Source: a virus
Lineage: Duplodnaviria; Caudoviricetes
IMG/VR virus record: IMGVR_UViG_3300030397_000910
Location: 1-32,115 of that record
Length of the DNA: 32,115 nt
Direction: 5' to 3' (one strand)
The notes beneath the pieces are model-generated. The model was not told the origin of the DNA. It saw only the letters and a list, made by a program, of their open reading frames with translations, and made no database searches. Position numbers and translations under genes: made by a program. Below, piece by piece: positions 24,511 to 32,115 of the stretch (positions are counted from its first letter, which is position 1; every line of letters begins with the position of its first letter).

Positions 24511-26385
24511 CTACTCTATTGGCACACCAAAGTAGTGCTTAATACTATGAATCTTTGCATTGCTATATGTTGTCAGCTGCCGCTCTGTCTGGAAATCTGT
24601 GACATCTGTACATGGATTGCTTCCTGTGGCTGCTGTGAGCTGAACACCATCCTTATATAGGGTTGTGTTATTTGTTGATACATTAGCCTTTTTATCTACC
24701 CGAATCACCTGTCGCTCAAAGTCTACTGAACTAGTGGCAAACACCACACCGCCAGTGCTTGTTGTGTACGCAATACGTGCACTACCAGAGTCACCTACAT
24801 CAAGAATGGCAAACGTTCCTAAGTCAGCAAACAAATGTCGTACTCGAGTGCCACTTGTAGGCGTGACATCAATCTCCAGCCGACCAAACGTATGATCTGG
24901 TCCTGGTCGCTTCAATACATTTCCAGCTGATGGGCTTGTAATATACTTTGTTCCATCAGACTCAGCACCAATTCGTCCACTCACTGACGATACAGACCAG
25001 TCGGTTCCTGGAATTGGTCCGTCTGTTATCGCAGCCTGGTGCTCATATGCATCACTAAAGTCTTGATAGTAGATGACCTTATTGGCATATTTGTTCCAAT
25101 CTTCTTTAATCTGAACCTCACTCCACGTCTCTGGTGCGATAATAACGTCTCCTATTTCACCCGCAAAACTTCCACCTAGCCTTGTACTTGTACTTGATCC
25201 ACCTGTCGGGCCATTGGTGTAATTGAAGTCACTGCCAAATTGCTCTCCATCTACATAGAGTTTTACAGTTTTTTCAGAGGCATCCCTAACAAAAACCACA
25301 CGATGCAATACCCCGGGCCTGAATGCATTTGCCCATACATTCGACTCATCATTTCCAGCACCATATTCATGTATGTATTGTAGTCCGGTTACGATGGTTT
25401 GAATATAATATTGCGAATTGGTTTCTTCTGTTTCTCCTGCTACCCAATTAGTAATGAGTAGTTGGGTTCCGGAAGCTGCATCCACTTTGAGAAAAAAGGC
25501 CAATACTAGGTCTTCGGATATTTGCAAACTTGAGTCATTACCAAAATCAACTCCAGCAGCAGTTGAAGACCCATCGAATCGTAACAGTGGGGAGCCAAAA
25601 GGAGACTCTACTTGCCTCACACCATTACTAACTACTCCATTGTTTCCATTTGGCCCTTGGTCAACAATAATTCCATTGATAATTTCTGAGTTCCACCCAG
25701 AACCAGATGCGAGTACTGGAATACTTTGGGGTGTAGAAAAGTTCTCCTTAGATTTAAACGCAGTCTTCCTGTTCGAAACAGCTTTGTGAATTTGTGCCAC
25801 CTCAGAAGGCGTCTTTGCATCTGAGTAAATCAATACAGAGTAGAGCGCATTGTTGTAGTTCTGTCCGCTCAATGAGAACTGGTTAGCTATATATAGATCT
25901 GCATCATTTGCAGCAAGGGTGATATTGACGCTCCCCTCGTCAACAAACACACCATCCAGGTATGCTTTTGGCTTATTCGCACCAGCCTCTTGGGTAATAA
26001 TTAGTGTCTGTTTTCCATAAGGATCTGCGCTGAGCACTGTTTGTGCTGTCCCATCATAGATCTGAATACTATTCCCAGACCCAGTAAGGATGTCATAGTT
26101 TGATCCCCCAGCATCACGCTTTGCCATTAATCGCTGATTAACAACAAGCTCCTTTGAAAAGTCCCCGAAAAATACCCACGTTGCAGCTGTGAGCTGAAGG
26201 CTTGCATCATCAGAAACCAGAACATGGCTAGTGGTTCCATCTGGTAGATAGGCCAAACCATTCCCCTTCTTTAAAAACCCCTCACCATTTGTGATTGTTC
26301 CATCATTGCCCTCAACGCTAAAATCCTTTGCGTGTCCGCGAGTGTAGTCGTGATCAAGGACTAGGTTTTCAGTTATCAATGTCAT
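24511..26385 (-). CDS. LamG/concanavalin-like multi-domain virion protein
   Basis: 624 aa, with repeated D.S..GN.G starts and VKLYVDG / KAYLDG motifs. Confidence 0.8.
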   Translation of the reverse strand: MTLITENLVLDHDYTRGHAKDFSVEGNDGTITNGEGFLKKGNGLAYLPDGTTSHVLVSDDASLQLTAATWVFFGDFSKELVVNQRLMAKRDAGGSNYDILTGSGNSIQIYDGTAQTVLSADPYGKQTLIITQEAGANKPKAYLDGVFVDEGSVNITLAANDADLYIANQFSLSGQNYNNALYSVLIYSDAKTPSEVAQIHKAVSNRKTAFKSKENFSTPQSIPVLASGSGWNSEIINGIIVDQGPNGNNGVVSNGVRQVESPFGSPLLRFDGSSTAAGVDFGNDSSLQISEDLVLAFFLKVDAASGTQLLITNWVAGETEETNSQYYIQTIVTGLQYIHEYGAGNDESNVWANAFRPGVLHRVVFVRDASEKTVKLYVDGEQFGSDFNYTNGPTGGSSTSTRLGGSFAGEIGDVIIAPETWSEVQIKEDWNKYANKVIYYQDFSDAYEHQAAITDGPIPGTDWSVSSVSGRIGAESDGTKYITSPSAGNVLKRPGPDHTFGRLEIDVTPTSGTRVRHLFADLGTFAILDVGDSGSARIAYTTSTGGVVFATSSVDFERQVIRVDKKANVSTNNTTLYKDGVQLTAATGSNPCTDVTDFQTERQLTTYSNAKIHSIKHYFGVPIE

Positions 26386-26387
26386 GG

Positions 26388-27698
26388 TTATCGCTTACCT
26401 AAATAACGTGGACCCTTGGAGTACAGCCACTTAATTTGATGTGGGGTCAGGGCTTTATCCCACATCGCAAAACCAAGAATGTCTCCCGTGAAGTAGTTGC
26501 CTGGACCAACACGAGCTCCGACAAAGATGTTTCCTGTTGAATCTGGTACGAAGTCTCCTGTAGCAGTTCCCTGATCAGAAGAGTCAACATTCACTCCATT
26601 CACAAACACCTTCGCAAAGTTCGTTGAATCGTATGTTCCTACAACAAAGTTCAATCCCTGCTGTATTGCATTTGTGGTACTTAACTCTCCTCGTGCCCCA
26701 CCAGATGTGGTATGCACAGACATCACAAGAGAATCTATTGCTGAACCACCACGATCATCGATATAAAAGCTAAACCCTTCATTCACTGATGTAGAGGCTG
26801 CTGCTGAGTCAGCAATCACCGTAAATACTCCAGAGTTTGCAACTGCATCATAATTAATCCAAGCAGCCACAGTAACCTCTGTTGCCGATACTGTATTGAG
26901 TACGCTTGCCCCCAAGTCGATATAGTCACCTCCATCAAAACTATATCCATTCTTTCCTGTAAGTTTCGTAGGAAATGTTGTACTTGTTGACCCATCACCA
27001 AGTGTTGCTTCGGTGCCACGCACTACACCTGTAGTCGTAAATGGAGCAGCGGATCCAATCTTGTCATGCAGGGGAAACACCTCTCCAGGATTGTTTACCT
27101 CTGAGGCTGTGACCATGTTGTGCAAGTCCGTAATCTCATCTGCGCTCAACACCTTATTAAACACACGGAACTGTCCCATCTTTCCATCAAAGGAGTCATT
27201 ATTACCTTCAAGTCGTCCACCAATTTCTAACCGCTGTTGAAACAGTCCAACCTGCGCCATTGTCGCAGCCTCATCAAGTACGCCATCAACATAGAATGCA
27301 ACACCTCTCGTACTGTCATCATAGGTGATTGCGAGTGTAAATGGTGCAGTTGGTGCAGCAATACCAAATGTCTTTGCAGTTGCTCCTGTATTGTTCCAAA
27401 AGAGAACTGAGGTGCTACTTGCAAACCGCAACATTGGGCCATTAGCTCCAGTGCTTGTTCCAAAAATCGCCTTTGTTGAGAAACTGTCCATCTGGTCCAC
27501 CTTTACAAAGATGGTGAACGCTCGTCCAATACTTGACCACTGAACATCTGTCGAAATACTGTCACCAGTTCCATCACCCTCGTAACCATTCTTGATGTTT
27601 GGGTTACCATTAATGGACCCACCATTCTTAACAACACTAAAGGGGGAGTGAAAATCCTCTCGAAATACTTCTCCTAGATGTGTGAGTGGTTTTATCAT
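26388..27698 (-). CDS. Tandem LamG-domain virion protein
   Basis: 436 aa: AITYD..FYVDG, FDGKMGQFRVFNKVLSADEI, VVGTYD..VFVNG, WDKALT. Confidence 0.85.
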   Translation of the reverse strand: MIKPLTHLGEVFREDFHSPFSVVKNGGSINGNPNIKNGYEGDGTGDSISTDVQWSSIGRAFTIFVKVDQMDSFSTKAIFGTSTGANGPMLRFASSTSVLFWNNTGATAKTFGIAAPTAPFTLAITYDDSTRGVAFYVDGVLDEAATMAQVGLFQQRLEIGGRLEGNNDSFDGKMGQFRVFNKVLSADEITDLHNMVTASEVNNPGEVFPLHDKIGSAAPFTTTGVVRGTEATLGDGSTSTTFPTKLTGKNGYSFDGGDYIDLGASVLNTVSATEVTVAAWINYDAVANSGVFTVIADSAAASTSVNEGFSFYIDDRGGSAIDSLVMSVHTTSGGARGELSTTNAIQQGLNFVVGTYDSTNFAKVFVNGVNVDSSDQGTATGDFVPDSTGNIFVGARVGPGNYFTGDILGFAMWDKALTPHQIKWLYSKGPRYLGKR

Positions 27699-27715
27699 GT
27701 ATTGTTTATCAACAA

Positions 27716-28015
27716 CTACTTTTGACTCTGCTTTGCAAGATAATCTGCGTGCAAAACATCAATCTCTTTAAGGATTGTTTTAACTTGTCCTGTTGTAAGG
27801 TCATTATCAGATGCAATTTGCTTAATGCCTCCAGCACCCTTAAGACCTGATGCAGAAAATAGTGCATTTGCAATTGCTACAACTTTTGACTTTGTAACAC
27901 TTGGCTCAGGCTGTGCAGCCGGCTTTTCTGGAATACTAGCAAAGTAGTTCCTTGCCTGAGCTTTGGTTACGCCTGCGCCACTAATGGTTGGTGCGAGCTC
28001 TGCGTATGTTGGCAT
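27716..28015 (-). CDS. Hypothetical protein
   Basis: 99-aa ORF in the structural operon. Confidence 0.65.
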   Translation of the reverse strand: MPTYAELAPTISGAGVTKAQARNYFASIPEKPAAQPEPSVTKSKVVAIANALFSASGLKGAGGIKQIASDNDLTTGQVKTILKEIDVLHADYLAKQSQK

Positions 28016-28034
28016 AGTGTTGTGTATTTAGTTG

Positions 28035-28880
28035 TTATGCGTACCACCGCTTGATGTAGATTGCGTAATCAGCATCATTCGTTCCTCCCGAGGAAACTGT
28101 TTTGATATTGAGATACTTATAGTTGATACGATCCTTCATAACAAGCATGTTGTCCGCAGTGTATGATGCAGCATCTGTACCACCCTGTACGGCACTAAAT
28201 GAGTACTGTGTTACATCCTGATATGTACACGATGCAGCAGCAGTTCCATCGTCTTGAAGTGTTGCCTCCACAGTAAGGGTCACTGTATCTGTTCCGCCAG
28301 TCTTCTCAAATTGAATGGCAATATTGTTGTATCCATCCATATCAACATACCGGTTGTTCGTTGCATTCGTCTCATTCGTAACATCAGCAAGAGTTTCACC
28401 AACATACCGTGTCTCTGGTCCATTAATAGACTCGACAACTTGTGAATCATTTGCCTCATCTACCCCCTTCGGCGGAAGAGCAAAGGCAACAATAAACTCA
28501 TCAGTTGCAGCAAAGCTTGCCCCTGAAACAGTGATTGTTGTACCTGATACTGAGAAGTCTGCAATATCTGTAAATGTTGTGTCCTGTGCACCACTTCCCC
28601 CAGAGTTTGGAATCTGACGAATCGATACAATATCGTACTCGGTAAATGTAAACGGAAGGCCTGTAACAGTCAGTGTTGTTGCTGATGCATAGGCTGAAGT
28701 AGCGTCCGCATTTGTTCCGCTTGGCTTTGCATAATATGTGGAAAGACCGCCACCAGTGGATCCTCCACCACCACCTCCGCTAATGTCGTTCACATCAAGA
28801 GCACGCTGGCTCCCACTTTCTGTAAGAGTGGCTCCTTTGTGAACCTGATTCGTTCCGTGAATAATTACCCCTTGTCCCAT
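28035..28880 (-). CDS. Virion structural protein (beta-rich)
   Basis: 281 aa, Thr/Gly/Ser-rich with a Gly linker. First gene after the capsid gene. Confidence 0.65.
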   Translation of the reverse strand: MGQGVIIHGTNQVHKGATLTESGSQRALDVNDISGGGGGGSTGGGLSTYYAKPSGTNADATSAYASATTLTVTGLPFTFTEYDIVSIRQIPNSGGSGAQDTTFTDIADFSVSGTTITVSGASFAATDEFIVAFALPPKGVDEANDSQVVESINGPETRYVGETLADVTNETNATNNRYVDMDGYNNIAIQFEKTGGTDTVTLTVEATLQDDGTAAASCTYQDVTQYSFSAVQGGTDAASYTADNMLVMKDRINYKYLNIKTVSSGGTNDADYAIYIKRWYA

Positions 28881-28894
28881 TGTCGTGTTGTTTA

Positions 28895-29010
28895 CGTATT
28901 ATACGCACCCCGAAGGGCAGTTAAGGAAGTATCCTTTCTCCAGAGCCCGAAGGCCCTGAAAGAAAACATGCTTCGACAGAGGAAGAAGGGGAGCAAAAGC
29001 TCCCCAAGCT
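28895..29010 (-). terminator. Three hairpins after the capsid gene, followed by TATAAT
   Basis: GGGGAGC/GCUCCCC (28988-29005) with a pyrimidine tail, two cUUCGg hairpins (28935-28965 and ~28905-28918), and TATAAT at 28898-28903. Confidence 0.6.
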
Positions 29011-29013
29011 TCA

Positions 29014-29946
29014 TTACACTGTACCGTCTGATCCATAAAGACCTTCCCATGAGATTGTCGCAACAACCTCTCGGAACTTTGCCTTATAGATATAATCGTT
29101 GTTTGCCTGGTAGATGCGGTCAACAAGATCAGTTGTAAGATCTTCTCGAACATATCGCTTCACTCCATGCATTGCTGATAGGAGGAACCATGCGGTGTCT
29201 GAACCACCTGCTGCAGCACCAAGATATGGAGACGTCTTCACGGTCAATCCATAGCGTGAGCTGTAGAAGTTGATGTCATTGTTGTCTGTGCCACTTCGTA
29301 GTTCTGAATCTGTGATCTCAACAGCATCTTTGTAAAGAGCCGCTGGGACAAGAAGGCAAGCTGCCTTGTGTCCTGCAACAGTTCCAGACTGGTCTAGCTG
29401 CTCCATAAGAGCAACAATTCCAGTTTCTAGAGAAGCTTCTGTCAATGCAGCTGTATCCAAGTTGTCTACAGTATCACCACTCAGTGTTGTGTGGGTTGCA
29501 TTGAAGAGTGAGCTTCCGTCATGAGTTGTTTGTGTTGTGAACCCATTTCGGAAAGCTGCGAATGCATTCTTTGTTCGGGTAATGCGTCCCTTGCGTGCCA
29601 TGTCACGGATCATTGACTGAACTGTGTCATGCTCGTCGTCAGCAAAGTACTCTTCTGAGATACGCACAGCTTGTGCGAACTTTGTGACATTGTGTGTTTG
29701 CTGGTCACCAACCCGTGGGCTGTACTCAGCAAGGTTTGCCTGTTCTGCGGTTGAGCTCCATTCGCCAACTCCCTCGAATACTTCAGTAACAATTGCACCC
29801 TTGTCTGTGCTTGTCTGCATGAAGACTTGTGGGTCTAGTGCAGTAGCGACATCAGGGGTCATTTGCTCCTGAAATTCCATGTTAAACACTTCATCGAGAG
29901 CAGTTTTGACTACATTTGGATTCAATCCACCTGATAGACCTGCCAT
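29014..29946 (-). CDS. Major capsid protein (HK97 fold, Mu gpT-like family)
   Basis: 310 aa: KFAQAVRISEE...DD, DGSSLFNATH, LLVPAAL, SPYL...TAWFLL, WEGLYGSDG. Confidence 0.9.
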   Translation of the reverse strand: MAGLSGGLNPNVVKTALDEVFNMEFQEQMTPDVATALDPQVFMQTSTDKGAIVTEVFEGVGEWSSTAEQANLAEYSPRVGDQQTHNVTKFAQAVRISEEYFADDEHDTVQSMIRDMARKGRITRTKNAFAAFRNGFTTQTTHDGSSLFNATHTTLSGDTVDNLDTAALTEASLETGIVALMEQLDQSGTVAGHKAACLLVPAALYKDAVEITDSELRSGTDNNDINFYSSRYGLTVKTSPYLGAAAGGSDTAWFLLSAMHGVKRYVREDLTTDLVDRIYQANNDYIYKAKFREVVATISWEGLYGSDGTV

Positions 29947-29972
29947 AGTGTCATCTTAATTTCACCAGGTAA

Positions 29973-30467
29973 CTACGCGATATTTGATCCCGTAAGCGTT
30001 ACCTCATTTTTTACTGCAACATAGAGTCGACCCTTGTCTATGTCTCCACCGAGAATGCGTAGTCCATGTACGTTGTCATCATCTCCCTCGTTCTCATCAA
30101 TTGTGTATGTCGATGAGGCAAGGTCAAATGTTACACAGTCGTTCTCAATAGCGAGAAGCTTTGCGTCTGTGTCAACGTTTCCAGCTGTTTCTGCAGCACA
30201 TTCAAGTACTGTGTCTACTGCTGGTACAAATACTTCAACAGTTCCGTCAGCTGATGCTGTCTGTGTTGAAGCCTTTTGTGCGATGCCTACAAAGATATCT
30301 GTTCCAATCTCTGGATCTCCAGTTGCTAGAGGCACAACATAGTTGCTTCCTGTTCCTCCAACTTTCACTGGCTCTCCTGGGTTGATCGCTGTTGCAGCTG
30401 CTTCTGTTCGAAACACCTCAACGCGACCTGATCCTTTTTCTCGGATCTTTACGTCACCTGTTGCCAT
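29973..30467 (-). CDS. Head decoration/cement protein
   Basis: 164 aa (INPGEPV, FVGIA, GTVEV) between the scaffold and capsid genes. Confidence 0.7.
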   Translation of the reverse strand: MATGDVKIREKGSGRVEVFRTEAAATAINPGEPVKVGGTGSNYVVPLATGDPEIGTDIFVGIAQKASTQTASADGTVEVFVPAVDTVLECAAETAGNVDTDAKLLAIENDCVTFDLASSTYTIDENEGDDDNVHGLRILGGDIDKGRLYVAVKNEVTLTGSNIA

Positions 30468-30479
30468 AGTGGTAAGTGT

Positions 30480-31247
30480 TTATCCTGCGTACTTATTAGG
30501 ATCAACACCATAACGTTCTAGAAATCTCTTCTCATCCGGATCTAATGATGGGCCTCGTTCTCGTTCTGGCTTCATTTCAGCCCCACCTCCTACAATTTGC
30601 TGATCCCGGAAGGAATCTGCTGAACGAAAACTTGAATCCTGCACTTTCTCCCGATACTTGTCGGGATAGGTTTTTGCATACGCGAGCTCTGCAAGCTCTC
30701 CTGCTGGAGTAGACTTGTCGACCTGTAGAAGGGTTTTAAATGTTTGTTCCACACGTGGATCAATATCATTTAAAAGGTCGTCGCCCTGGTATGCATCAGG
30801 AAATCGATCTTTAAACTGTGAGAGACTTGCCTCATCTTCCTTCGCTGCCTTCTCGGCCATGCGTTGGACAGTATCATCACTCTGAAGGATCTCGGGAATA
30901 TTCCGTTTGAGCTCCTCTTGAATGAGAGGTTTGAGAGTCTCGTACTGCTCGGGATCAATCTTTCCCTGCAATGACTCTGGAATTGAAGGTTCTTGAACTT
31001 CTGGCGCTGATTGTTGAACTTGATTGAGCTGCTCTTGGAGAGCTTTGTTCTGCTCAGTAAGTTCATTAATCTTCCTACTTTCGCCAGCACGGCGTTTCTC
31101 TAGGTCTTCGAGTCTAGCTTTCAACTCGTTAGAGCTTGAGTCCGTACCCGCTTGAGTGTCCTCTGAAGGAGACCCTTGCTGTGCGGAATCGAGGCTCTTG
31201 TCTTCTGCGTCCGCTGCGGAGGCATGCGACTGTGCGTCGTTTTCCAT
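30480..31247 (-). CDS. Scaffolding protein
   Basis: 255 aa, acidic N-terminus, coiled coil, and C-terminal LDPDEKRFLERYGVDPNKY. Position upstream of the capsid genes fits. Confidence 0.75.
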   Translation of the reverse strand: MENDAQSHASAADAEDKSLDSAQQGSPSEDTQAGTDSSSNELKARLEDLEKRRAGESRKINELTEQNKALQEQLNQVQQSAPEVQEPSIPESLQGKIDPEQYETLKPLIQEELKRNIPEILQSDDTVQRMAEKAAKEDEASLSQFKDRFPDAYQGDDLLNDIDPRVEQTFKTLLQVDKSTPAGELAELAYAKTYPDKYREKVQDSSFRSADSFRDQQIVGGGAEMKPERERGPSLDPDEKRFLERYGVDPNKYAG

Positions 31248-31259
31248 GTGAGTAGTTAT

Positions 31260-31365
31260 ACAATAAGACCACCCATTGAGGGTGGTCCATTATCTCTCAC
31301 TAGTCCTACTGCCACGCAAAACCAGGAGGGATAATAGATGACCCTCAAAGAGTGGCAGTATTTGT
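31260..31365 (-). promoter_or_regulatory. Structured leader upstream of the scaffold gene
   Basis: Stems UACUGCCAC/GUGGCAGUA (31307-31360) and GACCACCC/GGGUGGUC (31267-31287), with cross-complementarity between them. Confidence 0.6.
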
Positions 31366-31373
31366 GAAAGAAT

Positions 31374-31658
31374 CTATTTCTTGTAAAGAGTGTGAATCTC
31401 TTTCATTGTTCGGAGAATATTCTCCATGGTTTCAATCTCTGCCCTTTTCTCCAGAAACATCGCCCAATCAGTACATGTGTGCACACGATTCTTAGCCGAT
31501 TGTATCTTTGTTTCGAGAATCTTGATAAGAGATTGTATTCCATCATTATTGTAACACTCGGCAAACTTCTCAGCAATCTCTCTATCAACATCTTTCACCA
31601 TACCTGAGACAGTTTGTCTTTGTGATGGCTGCGGAGACGCTATTGGTCGTCGCTTCAT
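31374..31658 (-). CDS. Small helical protein between portal and scaffold
   Basis: 94 aa, with ATGA coupling to the portal stop. A common position in podovirus-like head modules. Confidence 0.7.
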   Translation of the reverse strand: MKRRPIASPQPSQRQTVSGMVKDVDREIAEKFAECYNNDGIQSLIKILETKIQSAKNRVHTCTDWAMFLEKRAEIETMENILRTMKEIHTLYKK

Positions 31659-32115
31659 AGTTCAATATCGTTTAGTTTTTCACGCAACATCTCCTTCTCA
31701 TCCTCAATGTGTTGCTTAAATGCTGCACGTGTTTCTGGGTCAGCATCAACAAATGCTCCTTCTGGACTTGTAAGCTCATCCTCATGGATACGAATATGCC
31801 GAGGAGTAACCACTGATTCATCCAACTCAACCTCCATCTGCTCAAGAATTCTGTGTGTGTGGTCTTCTGCAGCAGCAATATCAAGTGCAGTAATCTCATC
31901 AGCAGCAACCTCCTGTGGTCCTTGTTCTCGCATAATTCCTTGTTCAAGTTCTGGTGGAAGTTGTGGTCCTTCACCTTCAACAACCTCACCATTCTCATCA
32001 AGTTGTTGTGGTGCAAACTGCTGACGTAGTTGCTCAACCTGTGCACGATCTGCAAGCTGTTGTCGTGCCTCACCCTCTGTTCGTCGACCTTGTGTTGCGG
32101 CACCAAGTACATCTT
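31655..32115 (-). CDS. Portal protein, C-terminal part (enters from the window end)
   Basis: The frame of ORF 31655..31933 is open up to the window edge (DVLGAATQGRRTEGEARQQ...EDHTHRI...HIRIH...FKQHIEDE). Gene order portal-x-scaffold-capsid fits. Confidence 0.8.
   Translation of the reverse strand, partial: DVLGAATQGRRTEGEARQQLADRAQVEQLRQQFAPQQLDENGEVVEGEGPQLPPELEQGIMREQGPQEVAADEITALDIAAAEDHTHRILEQMEVELDESVVTPRHIRIHEDELTSPEGAFVDADPETRAAFKQHIEDEKEMLREKLNDIEL

Noticed and set aside
23258-27698. Diversity-generating retroelement acting on fibre or LamG genes
   Set aside because: No reverse transcriptase and no template/variable repeat pair seen.
31672-32112. 146-aa minus-strand ORF that would be in frame with base 1 on direct circularisation
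   Set aside because: The overlapping frame ending at 31655 has the acidic/Gln portal-tail composition and couples to the next gene, while this frame reads as an off-frame translation.
1-32115. Terminal inverted repeat (AAGAT...ATCTT) and stop-codon recoding
   Set aside because: The 5-bp match lies within portal coding sequence and is compatible with chance. Genes tile densely under code 11 with TAA, TAG and TGA all used as stops.

Overview
This window is an apparently near-complete ~32 kb tailed-phage genome with a podovirus-like (P22/Bordetella BPP-1-like) layout, opened inside the portal gene. The portal N-terminus is at 1..1704 and its C-terminus at 31655..32115, with 3n+1 bases missing at the join. 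The minus strand carries the small and large terminase, portal, scaffold, decoration and major capsid genes, two LamG proteins, tail adaptor, nozzle and fibre genes, three internal/ejection proteins and a lysis cassette whose M23 peptidase looks circularly permuted. A short plus-strand early operon (7414-10822) encodes a single-strand annealing-like protein, a DUF4177-like protein and a NinG/HNH nuclease, divergent from a ribbon-helix-helix regulator. I recognise no polymerase, primase, helicase, replication initiator or integrase. The most unusual part is 5600-9660. It holds a c4-antisense-like RNA followed by ~350 nt of structured non-coding DNA, and three cassettes of Cys4 microproteins behind structured leaders with strong Shine-Dalgarno sites, occluded at each cassette's first gene, in a genome whose other starts I checked lack them. 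A Patescibacteria (CPR) host is plausible but is only an inference. Standard genetic code 11 fits. All family assignments are by eye, without database searches.
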